Below are positions 17,382 through 27,124 of a stretch of DNA of 64,000 nt, in pieces. Made by a program: the position numbers and the translations under genes. Every line of letters starts with the position of its first letter. Position 1 is the first letter of the stretch. The DNA comes from Thermoplasmata archaeon (GTDB taxonomy: Archaea; Thermoplasmatota; Thermoplasmata; Lutacidiplasmatales; UBA184). The notes under the pieces were generated by a model that was not told the DNA's origin, did not search any database, and was given only the letters and a program-made list of their open reading frames with translations. The stretch spans positions 12,940 through 76,939 of the forward strand of contig DATGZQ010000019.1 of NCBI GenBank assembly GCA_035297125.1, given 5' to 3'.

Positions 17382-18758
17382 ATGGGTGCCATGGCGCCAG
17401 GCTCGAGTGGAAGTGGGGGGGTGGGGGTGTCCCCCAACACGGCCGCCACCCCGGGCCCCGGTGAGATGGCCGCGGTCGTACGCCAGATCCGGGAGACTGT
17501 CCGACGCCACTCGGCGCGGTTCGAGCGGTCGATCCCGCTGATCGCGAGCGAGAACTTGCTCTCACCCTACGCGAAGGAGCTCATGATCTCGGACTTCCAC
17601 TCCCGCTACGCCGAAGGTCTGGTAGGCGATCGGTACTACGAGGGGAACGAGCAGGTCGACGAGGTGGAGACCATCTGTCTCGGCCTCGCCCGCCGCCTGT
17701 TCCGGTGCTCGTTCGCGGACGTCCGCCCCATCTCGGGGACGGTCGCGAACCTCGCCGTGCTGAAGGCGCTCACCGAACCGGGCGACCTCGTCGCCACGAG
17801 CCGCCTCGCCGACGGGGCGCACATCTCGAGCGCGGCGTTCGGCGCGTTCGGCCTACGCAACGTCCGTCCGGTATACTACGCGTGGGATTCGGAGAAGATG
17901 ACGATCGACGTCCCGCGCACGCGCGAGATCCTGAGGGCCGTCCGTCCGAAGACGTGCCTGTTCGGCCTGTCGCTGTTCCTCTTCCCGCTCCCGATCGACG
18001 AGCTCCGGTCGACGATGGAGGAGATCGGCGCCCGCGGCTGGTACGACGGCGCGCACGTGCTCGGCCTCATCGCCGGCGGGCAGTTCCAGGACCCCCTACG
18101 GGAGGGATGCGTCGTGATGAGCGCCTCCACGCACAAGACCCTCCCCGGTCCGCAGCACGGGATCCTTCTCGGCCAGACGGAGGACCCAGAGCTTGTCCAC
18201 CGTCTCCAGTCGGGGGCGTTCCCCGGCGTTACGAGCAACCACCATCTGAACGCCATGGCGGCCCTCGCGGTGAGCCTGGCCGAGCATCTCGAGTTCGGAC
18301 AGGAGTACGCCCGACGGACGATCGCCAACGCCCGGGCGCTCGCCCAGGCGTTGCACGACCGGGGGTTTGACGTCCTGGCCGCCGATCTCGGGTTCACGAG
18401 GTCGCATACCCTCGCCGTCCGGGTGGACTCGGAGGGGGGCGGGGCTGCCGTCGCGCGTCGCCTCGCGAACGCCGGGATCATCGCGAACAAGAACCTCCTG
18501 CCGGGCGACAAGAGCCCGAAGCAGCCCGGCGGGGTCCGCCTGGGCACGCCCGAGGTGACCCGACTCGGGATGGGAGAGGCCGAGATGGTCCGGATCGCCG
18601 AGCTGTTCGACGACCTCCTGCACCGGGGGCGGAGCGTCGAGGACGTGTCGGCCCGGGCCGCCGAGTTGAAGAAGGGGTTCACGACGCTGCGCTACTGCTT
18701 CGGGGCGGGCGAATCCGCGTACCGGTACTACGACCTGGTCGGTCGGGACCCGTCCTAG
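17382..18758 (+). CDS. glyA: serine hydroxymethyltransferase
   Basis: LIASENLLSP, the PLP-site motif SASTHKTLPGPQHG and the overall length. The Gly-rich N-terminus is doubtful, and the true start may be the ATG near 17466 (MAAVVRQIRE). Confidence 0.85.
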   Translation: MGAMAPGSSGSGGVGVSPNTAATPGPGEMAAVVRQIRETVRRHSARFERSIPLIASENLLSPYAKELMISDFHSRYAEGLVGDRYYEGNEQVDEVETICLGLARRLFRCSFADVRPISGTVANLAVLKALTEPGDLVATSRLADGAHISSAAFGAFGLRNVRPVYYAWDSEKMTIDVPRTREILRAVRPKTCLFGLSLFLFPLPIDELRSTMEEIGARGWYDGAHVLGLIAGGQFQDPLREGCVVMSASTHKTLPGPQHGILLGQTEDPELVHRLQSGAFPGVTSNHHLNAMAALAVSLAEHLEFGQEYARRTIANARALAQALHDRGFDVLAADLGFTRSHTLAVRVDSEGGGAAVARRLANAGIIANKNLLPGDKSPKQPGGVRLGTPEVTRLGMGEAEMVRIAELFDDLLHRGRSVEDVSARAAELKKGFTTLRYCFGAGESAYRYYDLVGRDPS

Positions 18759-21538
18759 GGGCCCGGTCCGTCGCCCGCGAGCTCCTCGTCCCGCAGGCGG
18801 AGCGCCTCGTCGAACGCCTCCGTGTCCAGCGTTACCCTCGGCGCGGACGGTCCCGGGGCGAGGCAGAAGCGCGCCTTCCCGTCGGGCCCGACGCTCGCAC
18901 CCAAGGTCCCGTCCGTCACGAGGGACGCGAGCCAGTCGGCGAGGTCCGGCGGGGCGGGAGGAGGCTGCCAGGACGACTCGACCTCGGGCAGGTCGACCGG
19001 CCCGTGCCGGCGCACGATCTCGACGATCGCGGCCCGGCCTTCGGCGAGGCGCTGGAGCTCGCTCTCGTCCGACGGACCCGGAGCTCGGCGGCGAGCCCGC
19101 CGCAACGCGACCAGCATCACGCCGGCCCCGAGCGCGACGATCCCGAGGAGGGCTCCCACGACGCCGTACGGCACGGCCAGATCGTCGGCCGCGGCTAGCG
19201 CCGGTACCGTCAGCGGCCCGAGGAGGGCCTTGCCGGCGCCGTCCAGCACCGTGACGGTCCCGCCTTCGGGACCAGGGGCGGAGAAGTTGACCCAGACCCC
19301 GGTCGAGCCGTTCGATTCGGGCGAGGCGGTCTCGTTCTCTTCGGAGCTCTCGGAGCCCCACACGTACCGGATCGTCACGTTCGCCCCGGGCACAGCGTTG
19401 GCGAACCGGTCCTCCACTTGCCAGTACGTAGCGTTCGTGCGCGTTCCGCTCACGGCCACCACGGGGTCGTAGAGGCGGAGGTGCTCGGTATCCGGGTTCG
19501 CGAGAATGTGGATTTCGGGGACCGCGGACGGTAGGCCCCTTCCGACGAGCTCGACCGAGAATGGGCCGGCGGCGAGCACCTCGACGGTGAGGGCGAGCGT
19601 CCCGTTGACCCAGGCCGCGCCGGGAACCTCGAACGTACCGTTGCCGCCGCCCGTCAGGGGGCCCACGGTGGAGGCGTTGACCCAGCCGACCGGCGCCGTG
19701 GACCCCGGGCCCGCGAGGACGACGCTGGCGTTCGTCGAGAACGTCGGCACCGGCTGGTCCGAGCCGTCCAGCGCCTCCCAGCTCAGCGGAACGGAGCCGC
19801 CGACCACGACCGACGACGCGGGCGGGGTTCCGGTTTCGGTCAGCCGTACGGCCGATGCCGGCCCCACGGTGAGCGCGAGCGCGGAGCGAACGACGGTGCC
19901 GAGGGCATCGCGCGCCGTCAGTGTGAGGGTGACGGAGCCGGTACCGGACGGGACGAACGAGAGCCAGAGTTGGCCGTCGGCGCCCAACTCTCCGCTCTCG
20001 AGCGGGGCGTCCTCCGTGGAAGCGTTCCACCAGTACCGTCCGGGAAGGTCACCGCCCGTGATCGTGGAGGAGACCGAAAGGTTCGCCCCGACCGTCGCGT
20101 TCGGGGTCTCGAGGTCGAGCGAGGTCGCTGCGAGAGGGGCCACGACCGTGACGACGAACGAGACGGACCGGTTCGTCCCTTCCGAGTCCACGGCCCATGC
20201 AGATGCGGTGTACTGCCCGGGCGAAGCGTAGACCGGGTCGAACGTCCAGCTCGGCCCGGGCGCGCTCGTGCACAGCGGGGCACCAGACCCCGGGTCGAGG
20301 CACGCCTCCTCGAACGGAAGGATACCCGAACCCGCCGTGGCGATCAACTCGACCGGGAGCGGGGAGAGCGCGTAGCCGGTCGGGAACCCCGGAGTCACCC
20401 AGAGCGCGGCGGCAGGGTCCACCATGACGCTCGGGAACTGGCCGATCGCGGCCGAGAAGCCGTTCGTGACGTTGAACGCCGGCTGCGCGATGCCGGGTCC
20501 GGTGTAGGTGAGGTTGGCCAGGCACGTGGCCAGGACCGTTCCGGGGCCGTAGGCCGTCGTGCCGCACGGAACCTGGACCGCCGCAAGGCCGAGCCCCGGG
20601 TCGAGCCAGGCCCGATAGGCGTAGCCGGCGGCGCCCACGACCGTCACGTTGGCGGAGACGTTGGAGCCGACGTCCAGTTCGGTACGGTTGAGCTCGGCCT
20701 CCGCGAGCGTCGTCGCGACCGCGTCGAGGGCGATCGTACGCGGAGGGGGCGAGAGGGCCGTTCCGTTGACCGTCGCCTCGGCCTGTACGGTGAGCTTTCC
20801 GGCCGTCGCACCGGGGACGGAAACGATGGTCGCCCGGTCCCCGACGGGGGCGGTGGAGAGCGCCCAACCGGTCCCGTTGAGCGTCCAGGTGTAAGCCGGG
20901 TCGAGCGGAGTCGCGGAGCCGTTCCCCTGCCACCCCGAGGCCACGAGGGAAATCGGGGCACCCGGGGCCACGGTGAGGGTCGACCCGGCGGGCGAGAGCG
21001 TGATGTCTTCGAGCAGCCAGACGAGAGCCAGGTCCGCCGCGTCCGACGTCACGTCGAACGAAAGCGCATAGCCGTCGGGCGGGGGCTCCGAAAGCGAAGG
21101 GGTGAGCGGCCCGATCGCCGAGGAATAATCCGTGCAAACGGTACCGTTCGGTACGGGAGTGCAGTAGCTGCGCGGCGTCGTGGGCGCGAACGAGAACGCT
21201 CCTCCAGCGTCCGTCGTCACCGAACCCGAGAGCGACGCACAGCTGGCGCTCGCCACGACGCCACCGGGTTCGTCCACGACCCAGACGTCCACGAAGTACG
21301 AGAACCGGATCGTGGCACCGCCGGTACCGTTCGGGGGGAGCGGCCCCCCATCGACCTTCAGGGTGCCGGCGTACACGGGCCGCAGGTGCGACCCCGCGCA
21401 GGCACCCGAGGTCGCGAAGGCGGTCGGCGGGCTCGACGAGGAGTGTGGGGGAGGACCCCACGATAGGACGAGGGCAACAATCACCACGGCGACCACCGGA
21501 CCGGGGATCGATCTCGAGAACGAGCCTCCGGCCGGCAC
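18755..21538 (-). CDS. cell-surface (S-layer-like) glycoprotein with signal peptide, C-terminal TM anchor and cytoplasmic tail
   Basis: 927 aa. The N-terminal hydrophobic h-region is VVAVVIVALVL. More than 20 N-x-S/T sequons (NGT, NVS, NAS, NLT, NRT, NET and others) lie in a Thr/Ser/Gly/Ala/Val-rich body. A C-terminal helix VVGALLGIVALGAGVMLVAL is followed by RRARRRA and an acidic tail of about 100 aa. Confidence 0.6.
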   Translation of the reverse strand: MPAGGSFSRSIPGPVVAVVIVALVLSWGPPPHSSSSPPTAFATSGACAGSHLRPVYAGTLKVDGGPLPPNGTGGATIRFSYFVDVWVVDEPGGVVASASCASLSGSVTTDAGGAFSFAPTTPRSYCTPVPNGTVCTDYSSAIGPLTPSLSEPPPDGYALSFDVTSDAADLALVWLLEDITLSPAGSTLTVAPGAPISLVASGWQGNGSATPLDPAYTWTLNGTGWALSTAPVGDRATIVSVPGATAGKLTVQAEATVNGTALSPPPRTIALDAVATTLAEAELNRTELDVGSNVSANVTVVGAAGYAYRAWLDPGLGLAAVQVPCGTTAYGPGTVLATCLANLTYTGPGIAQPAFNVTNGFSAAIGQFPSVMVDPAAALWVTPGFPTGYALSPLPVELIATAGSGILPFEEACLDPGSGAPLCTSAPGPSWTFDPVYASPGQYTASAWAVDSEGTNRSVSFVVTVVAPLAATSLDLETPNATVGANLSVSSTITGGDLPGRYWWNASTEDAPLESGELGADGQLWLSFVPSGTGSVTLTLTARDALGTVVRSALALTVGPASAVRLTETGTPPASSVVVGGSVPLSWEALDGSDQPVPTFSTNASVVLAGPGSTAPVGWVNASTVGPLTGGGNGTFEVPGAAWVNGTLALTVEVLAAGPFSVELVGRGLPSAVPEIHILANPDTEHLRLYDPVVAVSGTRTNATYWQVEDRFANAVPGANVTIRYVWGSESSEENETASPESNGSTGVWVNFSAPGPEGGTVTVLDGAGKALLGPLTVPALAAADDLAVPYGVVGALLGIVALGAGVMLVALRRARRRAPGPSDESELQRLAEGRAAIVEIVRRHGPVDLPEVESSWQPPPAPPDLADWLASLVTDGTLGASVGPDGKARFCLAPGPSAPRVTLDTEAFDEALRLRDEELAGDGPGP

Positions 21539-21607
21539 CGCCTCCCCTCGGGTCCCGTCCCCAATCGCGGGACACCCTCCAGCGGTCTGCCGGTCCTTAA
21601 TCGTATC

Positions 21608-22585
21608 GTGGCGGCCGGCTCCGGTCGAACGGTGCGTGAGCCGGCACCCTCAAGGGAGGGCGTCCCTGCCGTGTCCGTGGTCTCGCGCGTCCGCACGTCG
21701 CTCGTTCCTCCGCGGCTCGCATCGCTCCCCCGGGAGCGGCTCCAGCTCGAGTACTCGTCGCGCTCCATCGTCTTCGCCCGAGATGGCCGCCGCCTCCTGA
21801 GGACCTGGGGGTCGCCCGAGCGGCCGTGGGTCCTCGCGGTCGAGCCCGCGGGCGCCCGGTGGCGCGTGGAGGCTTGGGGCGCGGGTCCGAAGAAGGCCCG
21901 GGAGGCCGCCCGTGCTCTGTTCTCCCTGGACGATCCCCTCGAGGAGTTCTACCGCCACACACGCGCCGACCCGGTGCTCCGCGGTACCGAGCGTGCGTTC
22001 CGCGGGCTGCGGCTTCCCCGCGACGCAAACCTGTACGAGAGTCTCCTCCACGCGATCGTCGGACAACAGCTGTCGGTCGCCGCCGCGAACGCGATCGAGA
22101 AGCGTCTGTTCGAGCGGCTCAGCACTCCGTTCACGGTCGACGGTCTTGAGGTTCCGTGCGTCCCCGCTCCGTCCCGCGTGCTCGACGCCGAGCAGGGCGA
22201 GCTCCGCGCTCTCGGGATGAGCGGGGCGAAGTCCCGGGCGCTCGTGGCGCTGGCGACCTGGGCCTCCGGGAAGCCGCCGAGCGCGCAGGTGCTCCAACGA
22301 CGGTCGCTACCGGCGGCACGGGGCGCGCTCGAACGGCTCCCCGGGGTCGGGCGCTGGACGGCCGAGAACGCGCTCCTGCGGGGAACGGGCCGCCGCGATG
22401 TCTTCGTGGCGGGCGACCTCGGGGTCCGGGTCGCTCTCGAGCGGTACGGCGTCCTGCCACGCTCGGCCCCCGAGGAGGCGGCGCGCGCGTGGGGGGAGCT
22501 CCGGTATCCCGGCTGGGGAAGCTACGCGACGCTCTACCTGTGGCGGAAGCTCGTGGCCGATCGGTTCGAGACCGAGGCCGGTTGA
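21608..22585 (+). CDS. HhH-GPD DNA glycosylase (AlkA / 3-methyladenine glycosylase II-like)
   Basis: HAIVGQQLSVAAANAI followed by LPGVGRWTAENALLRGTGRRDVFVAGD gives the helix-hairpin-helix, Gly/Pro loop and catalytic Asp. The N-terminal domain resembles the AlkA N-terminal domain. Confidence 0.65.
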   Translation: MAAGSGRTVREPAPSREGVPAVSVVSRVRTSLVPPRLASLPRERLQLEYSSRSIVFARDGRRLLRTWGSPERPWVLAVEPAGARWRVEAWGAGPKKAREAARALFSLDDPLEEFYRHTRADPVLRGTERAFRGLRLPRDANLYESLLHAIVGQQLSVAAANAIEKRLFERLSTPFTVDGLEVPCVPAPSRVLDAEQGELRALGMSGAKSRALVALATWASGKPPSAQVLQRRSLPAARGALERLPGVGRWTAENALLRGTGRRDVFVAGDLGVRVALERYGVLPRSAPEEAARAWGELRYPGWGSYATLYLWRKLVADRFETEAG

Positions 22586-23112
22586 TCAGGGCGGCCCGGC
22601 CGACCCCGCGAGCGGGAACGCCTCGACCGTTCGATGGACCGCGCCGCCGGGGCCAAGGACGCTCTCCTTCAGGACGAACTCACTCACCCGGACGGACCGG
22701 GGCGGGGGAGGGGAGCCGGGGTCACGCAGGACGTCGAACGCCCTCCGGCGGTCCGTGGGCGAGCGCACCCGGAACCACGTCAGGTGGGGGACGAACTCTT
22801 CGCGGCGGGCCTGGACCGTCCCTTCCAAGGCCGAGTGCACCCGTCGGGCGAGCTCCATCAGCTCTGCTCGGCCCGAGGTGACGCCGACCCATACGACGCG
22901 CGGGTCGGACGGGGAGGGGAACGCCCCGATCCCCTCCAGCCGGATATCGAACGGACCGATTCCCCTCCCCACCGGGCGCAGCCTTTCGGCGATCCGTGGC
23001 GCCGATTCCGGCGGGACCTCGCCTAGGAATTGGAGGGTGAGGTGCTCGGGGGCGGCACGGCCCACGCTCCCGGGTTCGCCGGTCGGCACCTCGACCGCGA
23101 CGAAGGCGCGCA
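22586..23112 (-). CDS. RNA 2',3'-cyclic phosphodiesterase (2H family, LigT/ThpR-like)
   Basis: Two H-x-T/S-x motifs, HLTLQFLG and HLTWFRV, and about 175 aa. GTG start at 23112. The ORF track adds an implausible Arg-rich N-terminal extension. Confidence 0.7.
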
Positions 23113-23214
23113 CGTCGTCGCATGAGGTCCGCGCCCTCTTACGCTGTCCGGGGGCGCGGCTGCGCCCGCCCCCCGGGCCCTCGCCGCCCGGCGCACCCCG
23201 GGCCGGCTGGGGTG

Positions 23215-25734
23215 TCAGCCGACGCGAAGGGTCCAGACCTGGGCCTCGGCCGGACCGATCCCTTCGGCGCGCAATGCTCGTTTCACGCGGGTCGCCCGTC
23301 GAGCGTCGGCGACCACGAACAGGGCGAACGCACCTCGGGAGCGAGCCTTGAGGAACCCGTGACGGATGCGGGCCGGCCGAAGCGCTCCCGAAACCTCGGC
23401 CTCCACGTGCACGTCCAGGCCACCGAAGAACCGCCACGCCCACCCGTTTCGCACCGTGTCAAGGGCCCCCGCCAAGTCGCGGGCCGAGCCGGCGCGCGCC
23501 CGGTCCGGGATCTGACGGAAGATCGCGTCGGGGAGGGTCGTGTCGTAGCGCCCTTGTCGCACGATCTCGAGGAGGTAGCCTCGGCGGGCGAACGTTCGGA
23601 ACGCCCGAAGGAGGAGCGCCCTGTGCTCTGCGCTCTCCCGCGTGGCGCCCGTAGCCGACCCGAGGCCGAGGCGACGTTCGCCTGCCGGCGTCAACCGGAC
23701 CCCGCCCGGGCCGACCTCGACGTATCCGCGGCGCGCGAGACCTCGAGCGCGATCGCCGATCGTGGCAGGGTCGGGCGAGGGGCCGGGCAGACGTTGGGCA
23801 GCGGAGGTGAGACCGTCCTCGGTAAGGGACCTACCCGACTCCTCGGCGGCCAGCACGGCGAGCAGGAGCCGCTCGGTCGCCGGATCGTCGAGCGATCCGC
23901 AGGGAGCGCTCCGCGCCTCCGGGAGGAATTCCCGGCGAGAGGCGACGACGGCCTCGACCCATGGGTCCGTCGCCAGACCCTGGGGCGCGACTCCGGGAGC
24001 GAGCGGCCGGATCTCGCCGGTCTCGGGGTCTCGCTCGAGGGCGTGACCGGTCGGAAGGTCCGTCAGGAGGCGGTCGGCCTCGGCGGCGGAAAGACCGATC
24101 CAGCCGCCGACCGTCGCGGCGCTCGGTGGGGGTACGCGGAACGCCACCACGTCCCGGGCGACTCCCGCGGCGGCGTGCCGAAGCTCGGGCGCGAGACGTT
24201 CGGGGTACTGGGTCGCGAGCAACAGCCGCAGTCCGAACTTTCTGCCTTCGGCGAGCATCTCGGTCACCAGCCGGGGGGAGAGCCCCTGTACCTCGTCCAG
24301 GACGGTGAGGACCGCGGGGCAACGGCCGCGAGCGGAGCCCCGGGAGGCGAGCCCCAGGTAGACGCGGGCGAGCACGAGGGTCCCGGCGAACGAGGCGGCC
24401 TCGGGCCCGAGGGCGGCGAACGGCAGCCGGACCAAGAGCGAGCGTCCTCCCTCGAGCAGCTCCTCGACCGGCAACCCACCGTCCGCGGGCGAGAGCAGCT
24501 CCGCGAGCGCCGGCACGAGCACGATCTTCGACAACCTGGCCGCCGCGGCCCAGAGGAAGTCGGGGTTCCGGCGAGCGATCGGCGCCAGCTCCTCGAGGAA
24601 CCGGACCAGGTCGGTGCTCCGCGAAGCTAGCCGAGCGGCATCTCGGCGGTCCGCGTCGGCGAGGAGCGCGTAGAGGTCGTGGAGCGAGCCCCCCGACTCC
24701 TGGACGATTCGGACGAACGCGTCGAAGATCCGCTCGAGGCGGAACCCCCAGTAGACGTCCGTGCCGTCCGCGCTGAGACGCTTAATCGCCGCGACAAGGT
24801 GCGCCGCGGACCGCTCGTCCGAACCGGCGAGGGCCGCGATGCCCGGCAACGGCCGGTCGAGCGCGTCGACCGCCACGACCCGGCGCCGGACGTCCGCCGG
24901 GAGCCGCGCGACGATCGCGGGAGCCAGGTCACCGTGCAGATCGATCGCGACCACCGCCTCGTGCCGGATGATCGCTCGCGACGCCCGCTCCGCGAGGAAC
25001 CAGGTCTTCCCGGCACCGGACGCACCCAGGACCACTCCGTGGCCGACCCGGCACGGCTCCGCTTCGACGCTGGCGAACGGCGCCGGTTCGGCCGTCCTCT
25101 CGACCGTGGCTGGAAGGAACGCGCCCCACGCGTCCCGGGGTATCGACCGGGTCGCGGCGCGGCGCCAGTCGCGACGCGCACCGTAGCCGGAAGGGCGAAC
25201 GGTCGCGCTCCTCCCGGTGGCATGCGCCCACTCCTGGGCCACGGTCGCGGCCACGGCGGAGAACCGCGCGTGGACGTCCCGCGGGGTCGACCCGGAGAGC
25301 CGGAACCGTCGGGCCGCCCAGAGACGACCGTCCTCTCCCCTCGCCCAGAACGTCTGGAAGCCGAGCCAGCCTCCGGGGCCCAGAAGCGGGGCCGATTCGG
25401 GCGGAGCTCGGAGCGACTCCGCGGTCGCGAACGTAGGCGCCCCAGGGACGAGGATCCCGTAGGCGTCGGCTCCCCGGTAATCCGGTTCGTCCGCGGACCG
25501 GGTGGGGCCGGTCTCGACCGGGGTTCCGGCGAACGTCGGCATCGCGGCCAGCGGGGCGAGGAGCGACGACGGCCGGGCGGTCACCCGGGGAACCGGTAGG
25601 TCGAGCGTCGACTCGAACAGCACCAGGCCACCCGGCTCGGAGGCCAGTAGTCCCTCGGCAAGTGCCCGGTAGAATCGGCGACGGACGGGGTACGGGCCCG
25701 GAGACGAGGTCGTAATCGCCTCGTGGGGCGTCAT
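23215..25734 (-). CDS. FtsK/HerA-superfamily P-loop ATPase with C-terminal winged-helix and nuclease-like domains
   Basis: 839 aa. Walker A GASGAGKTWF, Walker B AVLTVLDEVQGL and an FtsK-like LLLATQYPERL motif. C-terminal wHTH-like segments (LLLAVLAAEESGRSLTEDGL...GYVEV) are followed by a conserved-looking 130-aa tail with charged residues in a PD-(D/E)xK-like order (YDTTLPD...GLDVHVEAEVS...FLKAR). The N-terminal 210 aa match no domain I recognise. Confidence 0.55.
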   Translation of the reverse strand: MTPHEAITTSSPGPYPVRRRFYRALAEGLLASEPGGLVLFESTLDLPVPRVTARPSSLLAPLAAMPTFAGTPVETGPTRSADEPDYRGADAYGILVPGAPTFATAESLRAPPESAPLLGPGGWLGFQTFWARGEDGRLWAARRFRLSGSTPRDVHARFSAVAATVAQEWAHATGRSATVRPSGYGARRDWRRAATRSIPRDAWGAFLPATVERTAEPAPFASVEAEPCRVGHGVVLGASGAGKTWFLAERASRAIIRHEAVVAIDLHGDLAPAIVARLPADVRRRVVAVDALDRPLPGIAALAGSDERSAAHLVAAIKRLSADGTDVYWGFRLERIFDAFVRIVQESGGSLHDLYALLADADRRDAARLASRSTDLVRFLEELAPIARRNPDFLWAAAARLSKIVLVPALAELLSPADGGLPVEELLEGGRSLLVRLPFAALGPEAASFAGTLVLARVYLGLASRGSARGRCPAVLTVLDEVQGLSPRLVTEMLAEGRKFGLRLLLATQYPERLAPELRHAAAGVARDVVAFRVPPPSAATVGGWIGLSAAEADRLLTDLPTGHALERDPETGEIRPLAPGVAPQGLATDPWVEAVVASRREFLPEARSAPCGSLDDPATERLLLAVLAAEESGRSLTEDGLTSAAQRLPGPSPDPATIGDRARGLARRGYVEVGPGGVRLTPAGERRLGLGSATGATRESAEHRALLLRAFRTFARRGYLLEIVRQGRYDTTLPDAIFRQIPDRARAGSARDLAGALDTVRNGWAWRFFGGLDVHVEAEVSGALRPARIRHGFLKARSRGAFALFVVADARRATRVKRALRAEGIGPAEAQVWTLRVG

Positions 25735-25955
25735 GGGTGGTCCTGCTCCCTCGGGCTCAGGTTGGGCAGGGTCCGACGGGGTGGCAGTCCCGACCCGTCG
25801 GGAACAACGATCTTCGGCGGTCGCAGAACGGGTTGGCTAGGAATAGGTTCGCTCGGGCGAGCGGCGTCTTCTCCTTCCATCATGGTTCGCATACTTTCTG
25901 CCCACGCCGACGGGTCCGTCGGCCGGGTTGTGTGTCGGGCGGCGTCAACGCTCAC
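25731..25955 (-). CDS. small Pro-rich hypothetical protein translationally coupled to the ATPase
   Basis: 74 aa. Its stop overlaps the ATPase ATG as ATGA. No motifs. Existence is uncertain. Confidence 0.25.
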   Translation of the reverse strand: MSVDAARHTTRPTDPSAWAESMRTMMEGEDAARPSEPIPSQPVLRPPKIVVPDGSGLPPRRTLPNLSPREQDHP

Positions 25956-26621
25956 GGCGGACGCAACGTCGGCGACCCTCGGGGGACCCGGCTCCTCGAG
26001 CAGACCGTCGAGGGACCCGAGGCTCGTGGCGTCGGTAGAAGCCGATGCGGTCGCCTGCCCGTCCTGGGTGCGTTGGATCGAGCGAGGCGGTCGGGCCCGG
26101 CCGGGCGGACGCTCGCGGACGGCGGCCCCGGAGGTCCTGTGCTTGGGGGCGGCGCCGGGCTCTAGGACTCAGAGATCGTGGCGCGACGGGCCGGTCGATC
26201 GAGGCCGGTAGGAGGCCCGCAGAGCCGGGGGGCGGCCGGGCGGTCGAGGGCTTGCGCGTCGGGGATCGTCGGGGTGCGCGACCGAACGGGAAAGGCGGTC
26301 GGGGACGCGGACGAAAGGGGCGACGGCAGGCAACGCATCGAATTCGGCATCCCTACGGGTTCCCGGGGGAGACGTTCGTTCGGAACTTCGAGAACGATGG
26401 AACCTGGTAGGAAGGCCCCCGCACGCCCGAGACTCGGTGCCGAGTCTCCTTTGGGCGATGTTGAGGGTCCTTCCCTGGGTTGGTTGCGAAAGAACAACCC
26501 TCCCGCGACTACTTGAACGCCGGAAGGAGGGGGTGTGAAACGCCCCTCCCGAGCGGCCGTTGCGAGGAAGGGGAGCTTTCCGAGGATCCGTCGGGCGGGG
26601 GAAGGATCCCTCCGCGACGGG

Positions 26622-27107
26622 TCAGCGCTTCGCCCGGCTCTCGGTCTCGCCGAGGACGATGCGGGGCAGTTCGCCCTGGATCACGGGCGGACGCCGCGCC
26701 GACGCGCTCGTGCGGGCTGCGGCCTGCCGTCGCGGGAGGAGCCAGCGTTCGCCCCATTGGCGGAGCTCCCGGGCGGCCGGAGCGAGCCCGAGCCCCATCT
26801 CCGTCAGGGAGTAGACGACCGAGAACGGTCGGGTGCTCACGACCGTCCGCTGGACGACTCCCTGGCCTTCGAGGAACTTGAGCGTCGCGCTCAGCGTCTT
26901 CGCATTGAGCCGGGTGTTCGACTTCAGGATCTCGCTGAACCGTTGCGGCCCTTCGAGGAGCCGGTGGACGATCGCGAGCCGCCACTCGGTGCCGATCACA
27001 CCGACGGCAGCGAGCACGGGGCAGATCGAGGTACCGTCCTCCGCATCGCACGTGTCGGACCCATCGGCGCTCGCCCCGGCCGCCCGACGAATCCGCTCGC
27101 TTTGCAT
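26622..27107 (-). CDS. HxlR-family (DUF24) winged-helix transcriptional regulator
   Basis: 161 aa. ICPVLAAVGVIGTEWRLAIVHRLLEGPQRFSEI...VVYSLTEMG is the canonical HxlR core, including the N-terminal Cys. Confidence 0.75.
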   Translation of the reverse strand: MQSERIRRAAGASADGSDTCDAEDGTSICPVLAAVGVIGTEWRLAIVHRLLEGPQRFSEILKSNTRLNAKTLSATLKFLEGQGVVQRTVVSTRPFSVVYSLTEMGLGLAPAARELRQWGERWLLPRRQAAARTSASARRPPVIQGELPRIVLGETESRAKR

Positions 27108-27124
27108 CCGTGCTGCCTCACCCG

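Noticed and set aside
18096-21575. Several 500-640-aa ORFs (18096..20030 minus, 19970..21466 plus, 20049..21575 minus) overlapping the surface glycoprotein gene
   Set aside because: These are Arg-rich spurious frames. The 927-aa minus frame has a signal peptide, sequons and a TM anchor.
26340-26620. Possible RNase P RNA in the ORF-less region
   Set aside because: The universally conserved AGGAAAGUCCGGGC (P4/CR-I) and ACAGAACCCGGCUUA elements are absent.
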